A stretch of 38,334 nucleotides of DNA from Chitinophagales bacterium (GTDB lineage: Bacteria > Bacteroidota > Bacteroidia > Chitinophagales > LD1), in NCBI GenBank assembly GCA_033578915.1, contig JAVQWQ010000003.1:1-38334 (forward strand), written 5' to 3'. Each line of letters begins with the position of its first letter. The first letter of the stretch is position 1. Below, in pieces: positions 20,111 through 29,243 of this stretch. The position numbers and the translations under genes are program-made. Under the pieces are notes generated by a model that did not search any database, was not told where the DNA came from, and worked only from the letters and a program-made list of their open reading frames with translations.

Positions 20111-20707
20111 TGGTAAATATTATTTGGCAACAATTTAATCTTTTGCCAGAAGTACACACGGCAGTGGTTGAGATAGATTATGGGGATGTTCCGAATCGTT
20201 TGCGGCAGTCTATGTTTGCAGCGATAGCAGCAAATATTGAGACAGGAGAAATCGCTGGAGATTGTGAAGGACCAGAGCGGAAAACCTTTCGATATTACCA
20301 GAAAATGGAATGTTTCTTTATCGCACACTAATGTCCTCGCTGCTGCTGCCGTGAGCAAACCATTCTACGTAGGTGTTGATATAGAAAAATTGGACAACCG
20401 AGCAGCACGCATTGCTTCCCGATTTCTTTCTGAAAATGAATTAGAATATCTACAAAATCAATCGCCTGAAACATTCACGCTTTTTTGGAGCGCCAAAGAA
20501 AGCTTATATAAACTTATTGGGCAGAGCGGTATCAGCTTTTCCCGTCAATTACACATTGAACCCACTTCGCTGAAAAAAGAGGGTTACTTAATTGCATCAA
20601 TAAATTTAAAGGACACAAACATAAGCGGTCTGAAGATCTACTATCGTTTCCTGCAAAATCATGTATTTACCTTAGTAAGCTCAAACACAACTCTGCTCAA
20701 TCTGTAA
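20110..20707 (+). pseudogene. 4'-phosphopantetheinyl transferase (Sfp-type) family protein, frameshifted at ~20230-20240
   Basis: The C-terminal frame has GKP, SLSHT, VGVDIE and WSAKESLYK. The N-terminal frame starts at ATG 20110, overlapping the porT stop (TAATG). The frames differ by +1. Confidence 0.82.
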
Positions 20708-21464
20708 TAAAAAAACGCATCCACACATTGCGGATTTTATTTCTTAGATGCGGAACTTCTAGGCAAAGAAAAGCGGTATGTTTTCCTTTTATTCTTCGAA
20801 TTTCTCTTAACATTTCAAGGCTCAGACTATCATTTGGGCTGCGGAAATGCTTCTCCATATTTCCTTTGATAATCGTAAGCCGGACCGCTTTAATTCTTCT
20901 TGCAGTATCTGAGTATTCATTATCAAAAAGAAGCACTCTGGGCCTCTCCAGTAAATCTCTTTTATTGTAAACGTTGTTCCGCTCCAGGCGAAAATCCGGA
21001 TATAATTTTATGATATTAGTCTTTGATTTAGGAAGAACCGGATAAAATTTACCAGTACTTTTTAAAATGTATTCTTTCATAAGAAGAATACGTGTTTTTT
21101 GCTGGTTGATGATAATAAACCGCAAAGAAGATTTTTCCGTTCCTTTTGGAAAAGTGGGCTTGGGTTGAATTACTATGAAGGAGTCATACAGCGTAGCCAG
21201 TCCTTTGTCGAAAAAAGACTGGGATATCTTAAATCCTTCCGCAATTTCGTATCTAAAAATATATTCAGTGCCTTCTTCCAGAGTATCTAAATCAGGTTCA
21301 AGCTTTAATTCAGATCGTTGTTGGATAGGGATAAAAATTTCCTTTTGCGGCTGCGAAAACGCCTGTAGAATTGTTAATTGTCCTATAAGAATAAAATAAA
21401 TCCTGTTCAAAATATTTCTAAAATTAACTATATTGGATATCGAGCCCGATAGCCTAACCAACAC
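20697..21464 (-). CDS. Hypothetical exported protein, possibly related to GldM/PorM C-terminal domains
   Basis: 255-aa ORF (start uncertain) with a signal-like segment ending QAFS-Q. The C-terminal beta-beta-helix-beta pattern recalls the last GldM domain (pattern recognition only). Confidence 0.6.
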   Translation of the reverse strand: MLVRLSGSISNIVNFRNILNRIYFILIGQLTILQAFSQPQKEIFIPIQQRSELKLEPDLDTLEEGTEYIFRYEIAEGFKISQSFFDKGLATLYDSFIVIQPKPTFPKGTEKSSLRFIIINQQKTRILLMKEYILKSTGKFYPVLPKSKTNIIKLYPDFRLERNNVYNKRDLLERPRVLLFDNEYSDTARRIKAVRLTIIKGNMEKHFRSPNDSLSLEMLREIRRIKGKHTAFLCLEVPHLRNKIRNVWMRFFITD

Positions 21465-21504
21465 TTAAAATGTGCATAAAATAGTTTTACACCATTGAAA
21501 AAAA

Positions 21505-21512
21505 TACATTTG
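21505..21512 (+). promoter_or_regulatory. -7 promoter box for mreB
   Basis: TACATTTG matches TAnnTTTG, 39 nt before the mreB ATG. Confidence 0.65.
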
Positions 21513-21551
21513 CACCCGAAATGAGGAAAAAATAAAAGGAGAAGGATACCA

Positions 21552-22571
21552 ATGTGGAATTTTTTCACCCAGGAAATAGCAATTGACCTTGGCACAGCCA
21601 ATACGTTGATTATTCACAACGATAAAGTAGTTGTAGATGAGCCGTCTATTGTGGCTATTGACAGAAGAACTGAAAAAGTTATTGCTGTTGGCTCGCGCGC
21701 CATGCAGATGCATGAAAAAACGCATGAGAATATCAAGACCATTCGTCCGTTGAAAGACGGCGTAATAGCCGACTTTCAGGCGGCAGAGAGCATGATACGT
21801 GAGATGATTAAAATGATTTTCAAGAACAAAACTTTTTTGTTCCCACCGCGCTTCAGAATGGTTATTTGTATTCCATCTGGGATTACAGAAGTGGAAAAGC
21901 GCGCTGTAAAGGATAGCGCTGAGCAAGCCGGAGGCCAGGAAGTGAAAATGATACATGAACCCATGGCAGCAGCTATTGGTATTGGAATTGATGTAGAGGA
22001 GCCCAACGGCAATATGATTATTGACATTGGTGGCGGCACTACAGAGATTGCTGTCATTGCTTTAAGCGGTATTGTATGTGACCAAAGTATCCGTGTAGCC
22101 GGCGATGAATTTACTCTCGATATTGTAGATTATATGCGCCGCCAGCATAATATGCTCATTGGCGAGAGAACTGCCGAGCTCATCAAAATCAATGTAGGCT
22201 CTGCCCTTACAGACATAGACAATCCTCCGGACGACTTTCCTGTAAACGGGCGCGACCTCATGACTGGCATTCCCAAACAGATTATTGTTTCTTATTCAGA
22301 AATTGCCCATGCCATTGACAAGTCAATTTCTAAAATAGAAGAAGCTATCCTAAAGGCACTGGAAACCACACCTCCTGAGCTGGCCGCAGATATTTTTAAA
22401 ACAGGGCTTTATCTTACGGGAGGCGGGGCCTTGCTTAGAGGCTTGGATAAACGTATAAGCCAAAAAACCAAACTACCTGTTCATGTTGCAGAAGACCCGC
22501 TGCGCGCTGTGGTTCGCGGCACAGGTATCGCCCTCAAAAACATGCATAAATTTACTTTCCTGCTCGATTAA
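21552..22571 (+). CDS. mreB: Rod shape-determining protein MreB
   Basis: AIDLGTANT, IRPLKDGVIADF, EPMAAAIG, DIGGGTTE and LTGGGALL. Confidence 0.98.
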   Translation: MWNFFTQEIAIDLGTANTLIIHNDKVVVDEPSIVAIDRRTEKVIAVGSRAMQMHEKTHENIKTIRPLKDGVIADFQAAESMIREMIKMIFKNKTFLFPPRFRMVICIPSGITEVEKRAVKDSAEQAGGQEVKMIHEPMAAAIGIGIDVEEPNGNMIIDIGGGTTEIAVIALSGIVCDQSIRVAGDEFTLDIVDYMRRQHNMLIGERTAELIKINVGSALTDIDNPPDDFPVNGRDLMTGIPKQIIVSYSEIAHAIDKSISKIEEAILKALETTPPELAADIFKTGLYLTGGGALLRGLDKRISQKTKLPVHVAEDPLRAVVRGTGIALKNMHKFTFLLD

Positions 22572-22585
22572 AGCGCAAGAGGAAT

Positions 22586-23473
22586 TTACCCAACAGTAAC
22601 CCCCTTAAGTACTGCAGCCACAGTTTCTCCTATTTCTGCTGGAGTGGCCACAACGTGTAGCCCGCATTCTTTCATGATTTTCATTTTAGCTGCCGCAGTG
22701 TCTTCTGCTCCGCCTATAATAGCACCTGCATGACCCATCCTACGGCCGGGAGGCGCTGTTTGTCCGGCTATAAATCCTATAACAGGCTTGGGGTTGCCTA
22801 TGCTTTTTAACCAGCGAGCCGCTTCAGCCTCGAGGCCGCCTCCTATTTCGCCGATCATCACAATGGCTTCAGTTTCCGGGTCATTTACAAAAAGCTCGAT
22901 GGCCTCTTTGGTGGTGGTGCCTATGATAGGGTCGCCACCAATGCCGATGGCAGTGGTAATGCCTAAACCTGCTTTAACTACCTGGTCTGCAGCCTCATAA
23001 GTAAGTGTACCCGACTTTGACACTATTCCAATAGTTCCTTTCTTAAATACAAAGCCGGGCATAATGCCCACCTTAGCTTCCTCGGCGGTGATAACGCCAG
23101 GGCAGTTAGGCCCGATGAGTCGGGACGAACGCGAGGATAGGAAATGTTTCACCTTTACCATGTCTTGCACAGGAATGCCTTCTGTGATGGCAACAATTAA
23201 CTCAATACCTGCATCGGCTGCTTCCATAATAGCATCTGCGGCAAATGCCGGAGGTACAAATATGATGCTGACATTTGCCCCTTCCTTGTTTCTGGCTTCC
23301 CATACTGTATTAAACACAGGCCTGTCCAGATGCCTTTCTCCTCCTTTACCAGGAGTAACGCCTCCTACTACATTCGTTCCGTAATCAATCATCTGAGAAG
23401 CGTGAAAAGTGCCTTCCTTCCCTGTAAATCCCTGTACTATTACCCTGGAGTTTTTGTTTACTAATACACTCAT
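22586..23473 (-). CDS. sucD: Succinate-CoA ligase subunit alpha
   Basis: [27 protein letters not shown] and phospho-His motif RMGHAGA. Confidence 0.98.
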   Translation of the reverse strand: MSVLVNKNSRVIVQGFTGKEGTFHASQMIDYGTNVVGGVTPGKGGERHLDRPVFNTVWEARNKEGANVSIIFVPPAFAADAIMEAADAGIELIVAITEGIPVQDMVKVKHFLSSRSSRLIGPNCPGVITAEEAKVGIMPGFVFKKGTIGIVSKSGTLTYEAADQVVKAGLGITTAIGIGGDPIIGTTTKEAIELFVNDPETEAIVMIGEIGGGLEAEAARWLKSIGNPKPVIGFIAGQTAPPGRRMGHAGAIIGGAEDTAAAKMKIMKECGLHVVATPAEIGETVAAVLKGVTVG

Positions 23474-23515
23474 TTTCTTTATTTAAAAGATTTTGAAATG
23501 TTGTAAAGAGGCTTG

Positions 23516-24274
23516 CTAAAATTTTGCACGCATCCTCAGTTCTTTTAAAAAATCAGACGCGAATATAAAATCAAAAAGTTCTCCGGAAGTTATTTCTAAT
23601 ATTTCTTTATTGGTTCCTTCCCAGTATTTTATTCCTTCGTGAAGAAATATGACCTTGTCGCCTATACTCATCACGCTATTCATATCATGCGTATTGATTA
23701 CAGTAGTCATATTATATTCTTCGGTTAGTTCTTTAATCAGACGGTCAATAATGAGAGCAGTTTTTGGGTCAAGCCCTGAATTAGGCTCATCGCAAAAAAG
23801 ATATTTCGGATTATTTACAATAGCCCGTGCTATACCTACTCTTTTTTTCATACCACCGGAAAGTTCTCCCGGATATTTTTTATTGGTTCCGCTCATATTT
23901 ACTTTTTGCAGGCAAAAATTCACTCTCTCTTTTTTTTCCGCATCGCTCATATCTGTAAACATATCGAGCGGGAATCGAATATTTTCTTCTACTGTAAGAG
24001 AATCGAACAAAGCAGTGCCTTGAAAAAGCATGCCAAACTCCTGCCTTATTTTCTTCTTTTCATCAAAATCCATTTTGGTAATATCCCTGTTGTCGTATAA
24101 TATACTTCCTTCATCAGGTTCAAAGAGCCCTACCAGGCATTTTAAAGTTACTGTTTTGCCGGATCCCGACTTGCCTATGATAAGATTACACTTTCCCTCC
24201 TCGAACACAGCGCTGATGCCTTTCAGAACCTGATGTTCGCCAAAACTCTTCTTAACATTAATCATTTCTATCAT
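23516..24274 (-). CDS. mlaF: MlaF/Mkl-type ABC transporter ATP-binding protein
   Basis: Walker A GKSGSGKT, FQGTALFDSLTV, LSGGMKKRVGIARA and DEPNSGLDP. Overlaps the MlaE gene. Confidence 0.9.
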   Translation of the reverse strand: MIEMINVKKSFGEHQVLKGISAVFEEGKCNLIIGKSGSGKTVTLKCLVGLFEPDEGSILYDNRDITKMDFDEKKKIRQEFGMLFQGTALFDSLTVEENIRFPLDMFTDMSDAEKKERVNFCLQKVNMSGTNKKYPGELSGGMKKRVGIARAIVNNPKYLFCDEPNSGLDPKTALIIDRLIKELTEEYNMTTVINTHDMNSVMSIGDKVIFLHEGIKYWEGTNKEILEITSGELFDFIFASDFLKELRMRAKF

Positions 24275-25014
24275 AACAGAAGGAATGCTACGAGAAAATT
24301 CACCACAATAACCACAACACTGCTTTGCACAACAGCCTGAGTGCTTGCAATGCCTATTTCAACTGCACCGCCCTTAACTGTATAGCCCTTATAGCAGGAA
24401 ATTGAAGATATGATGAACGCAAAAAGCACAGATTTTATGAACATAATGAACACATCGTAACTTTTCATTCCATCTTGTACTCCGCGAACATATTCGCTAC
24501 TAGAATAAAAATTGCCAAGTACTCCGGCGAGCCATCCACCGATGATTCCCAGAAAAACACTGATAACTACAAGCATAGGAAACATAAATACTGCGGCAAC
24601 TATTTTTGGTCCTATCAAATAGGAGCGTGTATTAACGCCCATAATTTCGTAGGCATCTATTTGTTCGCTGATGCGCATAGTGCCTAATTCTGATGCAATA
24701 TTTGAGCCAACTTTACCTGCCAGAAGTAGTGCAGAAAGGGTAGGGGCAAGTTCAAGAATCATGCTCTTGCGCACAATGGCGCCCATCCACCACATAGGGA
24801 TAAGGCTTATACTGCGCAACTGGTAGGAGAATTGCACCGCGGTAACTGCGCCCATGAATAGGGAAATTATAGCAATGATAGGCAAAGATCCAATGCCGAT
24901 GGAATAGCATTGGCGCATAGTTTCCAGCCAGTACATCTTTGATTTTTCAGGACGTGCAAATGAGGCACGCATCAAGATCAGATATTCACCAACTGCTTCA
25001 AATAATTTCAACAT
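24271..25014 (-). CDS. mlaE: MlaE family ABC transporter permease
   Basis: ELAPTL...AGKVGSNIASELGTMRISEQIDA and GGAVEIG.ASTQAVV. ATG at 25014 preferred over 25047. Confidence 0.92.
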   Translation of the reverse strand: MLKLFEAVGEYLILMRASFARPEKSKMYWLETMRQCYSIGIGSLPIIAIISLFMGAVTAVQFSYQLRSISLIPMWWMGAIVRKSMILELAPTLSALLLAGKVGSNIASELGTMRISEQIDAYEIMGVNTRSYLIGPKIVAAVFMFPMLVVISVFLGIIGGWLAGVLGNFYSSSEYVRGVQDGMKSYDVFIMFIKSVLFAFIISSISCYKGYTVKGGAVEIGIASTQAVVQSSVVVIVVNFLVAFLLL

Positions 25015-25027
25015 ACATCTATCAAAG

Positions 25028-25990
25028 CTATATTTTACTTGATTCAAATCCTATTCGCTGAGATATAAGATATTCGTTTCTGTTTGCTGCACTTCGCGAA
25101 ACAAGCTCGGCAAGGAAACCCGTAAGAAAAAGTTGCACACCAATAATAAGTGAAACGATACCCAAATAAAACACCGGCCGCTCTGTCATGCGATAGGCTG
25201 CGAAAGCATATTTGGCAATTGTGAGATATAAAAGCACGCAAAAACCAATGAAAAAGCTCAACACTCCCATTCCTCCAAAAAGATGCATAGGCCTTTTGGA
25301 AAAGCGGGTAATGAAGGTAACACTCAATAAATCAAGAAAACCAAACAGAAAACGTTCAAGGCCAAATTTGGTCTTTCCATATTTTCTTGGGCGATGCTGC
25401 ACAACTTTTTCTCCTATTTTTCCGAAACCGGCTCTGCGCGCGAGCACTGGAATGTAACGATGCATTTCTCCATACACCTCTATGCTTTTTACTACCTCTT
25501 GTCTGTACGCCTTTAGCCCGCAATTAAAGTCGTGTAGTTTAATGCCGGTAACCAATCTGGTGGCTGCATTATACAACTTTGTAGGAATTGTCTTTGAAAG
25601 CGGATCATACCTTTTTTTCTTCCAACCGCTCACCATATCGTAACGGTCTTCCACAATCATTTTATAAAGATGAGGAATTTCATCCGGAGAATCCTGCAGG
25701 TCGGCATCCATGGTTATGACAACCCTGCCGCTGGCAGATTGGAAGCCGGTATGTAAGGCTGCGCTCTTGCCGTAATTTCTGTTAAGGCGAATTGCTTTTA
25801 TAGACTTGTTTTCTGCTGCGAGCGAACGTATTACTTCCCATGAGTTGTCTGTACTTCCATCGTCCACAAACAAAATTTCATAACTGTAGTGATGCGAATC
25901 CATTACTTTTTTTATCCAGCTGGCCAGTTCTGGCAGAGACTCAGCCTCATTGAGCAGAGGAACAACAACTGTAATATCAGGATTCTCCAT
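25028..25990 (-). CDS. Glycosyltransferase family 2 (ArnC/DPM1-like, two C-terminal TM helices)
   Basis: VVVPLLNE, VDDGSTD, NYGKSAAL, MDADLQD and DFNCGLKAY. Confidence 0.95.
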   Translation of the reverse strand: MENPDITVVVPLLNEAESLPELASWIKKVMDSHHYSYEILFVDDGSTDNSWEVIRSLAAENKSIKAIRLNRNYGKSAALHTGFQSASGRVVITMDADLQDSPDEIPHLYKMIVEDRYDMVSGWKKKRYDPLSKTIPTKLYNAATRLVTGIKLHDFNCGLKAYRQEVVKSIEVYGEMHRYIPVLARRAGFGKIGEKVVQHRPRKYGKTKFGLERFLFGFLDLLSVTFITRFSKRPMHLFGGMGVLSFFIGFCVLLYLTIAKYAFAAYRMTERPVFYLGIVSLIIGVQLFLTGFLAELVSRSAANRNEYLISQRIGFESSKI

Positions 25991-26520
25991 CAGCGAATCG
26001 TTGTGGTGGTATCGTTTCTTCTTACAAAAACAGCAATTAGCGCCGAAAAAATTGCAGTAATGATTGCTGAAGCCAACATTCTGAAAGACAATGAAGTTAT
26101 AGTTGGCCTAAAATCTTGATATTTTATTTCGTTTATGTATCTCTCTACCTGATCATCTGGTAGGTTAAGTTTTTCATAGAGATCAGCGGTTTTTTTTATG
26201 GCAGCCTCCTTAACCACCTCAACCATAGATGGGTCTATAAAATTGAAAAAAACATAACCATATATGTCAATAGCAAATGCAGCGATTATTCCTGTTATAA
26301 ATACAACCAGAAATGCCTGCAAATAACTTTTATAGCCATTATTTTCTTTTCTAAAAGTAATTCCGGCATATATCATGAAAAAGATAGCGAACCCGTAAAG
26401 TATGATTGTAAAAAACGAAGCCAGCAACTCTGCATTTATCAAATACAGCATCATGTAGGAGGCAATCATACAAAGCCCGGCAACTAAACCGTATTTGATT
26501 GATGTGGAAAATTTATTCAT
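25990..26520 (-). CDS. DUF4199-like membrane protein
   Basis: KYGL start, four hydrophobic segments and Y.FFNFIDP. Sits upstream of GT2, as is typical in Bacteroidota. Confidence 0.78.
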   Translation of the reverse strand: MNKFSTSIKYGLVAGLCMIASYMMLYLINAELLASFFTIILYGFAIFFMIYAGITFRKENNGYKSYLQAFLVVFITGIIAAFAIDIYGYVFFNFIDPSMVEVVKEAAIKKTADLYEKLNLPDDQVERYINEIKYQDFRPTITSLSFRMLASAIITAIFSALIAVFVRRNDTTTTIR

Positions 26521-26537
26521 TATCCAGATTCTTTTTC

Positions 26538-27806
26538 TCAGCTTAAAAATAATTTTCCGTTGCGAACTATTCCTAAAGATTTACCAACAAAGGTTTTTCC
26601 AATAAAAGGAGTATTCTTGGACTTTGAGCGAATGTGCTTTTCAGTAAATGTCCAGCTCAAATTTGGAGAAAAGAGTGTGAGGTCTGCTGGATATCCCGTT
26701 TCGATAGAAGAGTTTTGTAACCCAAGAATTTTTCTGGGATTATCAGAAAATAACTCGATAATTTTTTCTGTATCCATGTGAGTATGTAAAGCCGTATTGG
26801 CGGCTGCAAATGCGGTTTCGAGTCCGATGATGCCAAATGCTGCCTTGTCAAACTCTGTGTTTTTGCTATCTTCTTCATGAGGATAATGCTGAGCAGTAAT
26901 ACTATCAATGAAACCCAAAGAAACCGCTTTTATCAGGTTTTTCACTTCGGTTCGGCTGCGAAGGGGAGGATTCACTTTATATAATGTGTTGTAATTTTCT
27001 AATGAATCTTCAGATAACAATAAATGATGAGCATTAATGGAAACGGTAACGTTAAGCCCTTTCTTTTTTGCTTTTACGATGTGGTCAACAGAATTTTTGA
27101 GCGAAACATTGAGGAAGTGAAGCCTGGATTGGGTATATTCAAGAATCATCAGGTCGCGTGCTATGGCCAGTTCCTCCGCAAATGATGGTATCTGAGGCAG
27201 CCCCAGCATTGTACCCACCACTCCTTCGTTAACTACTCCGTTTCCGGATATGCTTGAATCTTCAGGATGCACAAAAACCACTCCATTAAATGCTTTTACA
27301 TATTCCAGCGCGCGCTCCAGCAGTCCTGCCGAAAGCGATGGCAGCGCCCCATCGCTGAAGGCAACAGCGCCCGCAAGATGCATATCGTACAATTCAGCAA
27401 GCTCATTGCCACGGCACCCTTTTGTAACTGCTCCGATGGGCAATACTTTTACGATGTTATCAGCAGCTTTAGCCAACACATATTCAATTTGAGCCTTGTT
27501 GTCTGCCACCGGCTCAGTATTTGGCAAAATACAGACATGCGTGAACCCTCCCGCTGCGGCAGCGCTGCACCCGCTTTCTATGGTTTCTTTATGTTCAAGC
27601 CCCGGGTCGGCAAAGAAACTGTTCAGGTCTATCCATCCTTTACTCACATGTAAATCGTCAAAACGAATTTCTGTACACTTTCCTTTAGGCTCAATCTTTT
27701 TTCCGATTTCCCTGATAATTCCCTTTTCTATAAAAATATCCCTGACACTGAGGTGATGAGAGGAAGTTTTGTCAATAATTTTTGCAGAACGGATAAGTAT
27801 GTTCAT
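26538..27806 (-). CDS. pyrC: Dihydroorotase-like amidohydrolase (metal ligands degenerate; PyrC'-type)
   Basis: PGLEHKETI, AAAAGGFT, LPNTEPV, KVNPPLR, FGIIGLET and SKSKNTPF. The usual DxHxH reads DLNSF and TDHAPH reads AQHYPH. Confidence 0.85.
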   Translation of the reverse strand: MNILIRSAKIIDKTSSHHLSVRDIFIEKGIIREIGKKIEPKGKCTEIRFDDLHVSKGWIDLNSFFADPGLEHKETIESGCSAAAAGGFTHVCILPNTEPVADNKAQIEYVLAKAADNIVKVLPIGAVTKGCRGNELAELYDMHLAGAVAFSDGALPSLSAGLLERALEYVKAFNGVVFVHPEDSSISGNGVVNEGVVGTMLGLPQIPSFAEELAIARDLMILEYTQSRLHFLNVSLKNSVDHIVKAKKKGLNVTVSINAHHLLLSEDSLENYNTLYKVNPPLRSRTEVKNLIKAVSLGFIDSITAQHYPHEEDSKNTEFDKAAFGIIGLETAFAAANTALHTHMDTEKIIELFSDNPRKILGLQNSSIETGYPADLTLFSPNLSWTFTEKHIRSKSKNTPFIGKTFVGKSLGIVRNGKLFLS

Positions 27807-27865
27807 GAATGCCTTATTCCTTGTTGTCGGGGCTGTTATTTCCAGATGGCTTAAACATCCGGGCT

Positions 27866-27873
27866 CAAAAATA
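27866..27873 (-). promoter_or_regulatory. -7 promoter box for the pyrC-like operon
   Basis: TATTTTTG on the minus strand, 59 nt upstream of ATG 27806. Confidence 0.55.
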
Positions 27874-27943
27874 GAAATGTGAGAGAAAATTTATTTGTTG
27901 TTGTTGAATTATTTGGCAAAAGTATTTTCGCGCGCTGAATGCG

Positions 27944-28843
27944 ATGAACAGAAAATTGCGCGCTCATTTGCTGTTGCTGGCTGTAAATTTTTTCTATGGA
28001 GCAGGATTCTCAGTAGCCAAGCTGGTAATGCCGCAGTATGTGAAACCTTTCGCATTTATACTCATCAGGGTAGCCTTTGCAGCAACGATGTTTTATACAT
28101 TACAGCGCCAATTAATAAAAGAAGAGATACAGCGAAAACATTTGTTTACCCTCTTTTTATGTTCTTGCTTTGGTGTGGTATTAAATCAGGAACTTTTTTT
28201 TCTCGGCCTTGAACGGACCACGCCTATCAATGCCTCCTTGATCATGATTACTACTCCGATGCTCGTATATGTTATTTCCTTTATTGCAGGAGGAGAAAAT
28301 ATAAGTTTGCTTAAAATAGGCGGTATTGTGCTGGGAGCCTTTGGAACTTTGATGATTTTAGGAGGGAAAAGATTTTCTTTTTCTTCTCAGACGCTTCTGG
28401 GAGATATATTCATTCTGCTGAATGCCACATCATATGCAATTTATTTGGTTTTAGTGCGTCCGCTCATGCGCGTGTATCATCCACTCACTGTGGTTTCCTA
28501 CGTCTTCCTGCTTGGGCTTCCATTTGTTTTTGTCCTTGGAATAAACCAACTCATAACTATCCAATGGCATACGTTTACACCTGCTGTTTGGAGCGGATTA
28601 TTTTTCATTGTAATTGCAACTACATTTTTAGCTTACCTGTTTAATATGATTGCGTTGCGCGAGCTTGGCTCAGCAGTTGTGGGCGCATACATCTATCTTC
28701 AGCCTTTACTGGCAGGCTTTTTTGCATTCTTGCTGGGGCAGGAAGATTTCTCATCTTCTAAAATCGCTGCAGCTGTACTTATCTTTGTTGGAGTGGGCTT
28801 GGTTTCGCTTGATTTTTCTGAGAAAAAAAGCTTAACACAATAA
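27944..28843 (+). CDS. DMT/EamA family transporter
   Basis: Ten hydrophobic segments in two repeats; FFLGLERTTPINASLI and YIYLQP motifs. Confidence 0.93.
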   Translation: MNRKLRAHLLLLAVNFFYGAGFSVAKLVMPQYVKPFAFILIRVAFAATMFYTLQRQLIKEEIQRKHLFTLFLCSCFGVVLNQELFFLGLERTTPINASLIMITTPMLVYVISFIAGGENISLLKIGGIVLGAFGTLMILGGKRFSFSSQTLLGDIFILLNATSYAIYLVLVRPLMRVYHPLTVVSYVFLLGLPFVFVLGINQLITIQWHTFTPAVWSGLFFIVIATTFLAYLFNMIALRELGSAVVGAYIYLQPLLAGFFAFLLGQEDFSSSKIAAAVLIFVGVGLVSLDFSEKKSLTQ

Positions 28844-29087
28844 ATTGATATAACATCATATAGCTTATCTTTACGAAACCTCTATTGCCGGTTTGTTTAT
28901 AGTATTAGTTAAACTTTGAAATTCATCATTACTGATACAACCAATAATTATAATCATCAATAAACACTCTAAATGATTTAATGAGTTGCAGGATTACTTA
29001 GGTTGTCTCAAACCAATAGTAATTGCTTCAGCGCATTAAAATTTGTCTTATTGTTCAATATAATCTATCAATTGTGTAAGCGATTAG

Positions 29088-29095
29088 TACATTTG
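29088..29095 (+). promoter_or_regulatory. Putative -7 promoter box for an intergenic plus-strand transcript
   Basis: TACATTTG, identical to the box upstream of mreB. No annotated plus-strand gene starts until pepP, about 300 nt downstream. Confidence 0.4.
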
Positions 29096-29167
29096 AAAAA
29101 TACGTTTCTTTCAGTGTAGATGCAGTACTCCAACATAGCAAACCTGAGCTTATACATAATTACTGAT

Positions 29168-29212
29168 AAAAAAAGCCGGAGCGAGAGAAACCCTCCAAAA
29201 CTCTCGCCCGGC
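29168..29212 (-). terminator. Terminator-like hairpin with large loop (possibly bidirectional or part of an sRNA)
   Basis: Minus strand reads GCCGG-GCGAGAG-ttttggagggttt-CTCTCGC-t-CCGGC-TTTTTTT. Confidence 0.75.
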
Positions 29213-29243
29213 AGTATTTTGCTGAATAGGTCAGCTCAATAAT

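Noticed and set aside
12921-20707. A shared programmed-frameshift mechanism across the interrupted genes
   Set aside because: Directions differ (+1, -1, -1, -1, +1), and the sites share no slippery motif or downstream structure.
21465-21956. 163-aa minus-strand ORF
   Set aside because: Mostly antisense to mreB, with no protein-like features.
22586-23473. sucD without adjacent sucC
   Set aside because: Separation of sucC and sucD is common in non-Bacteroides Bacteroidota, so it is not remarkable.
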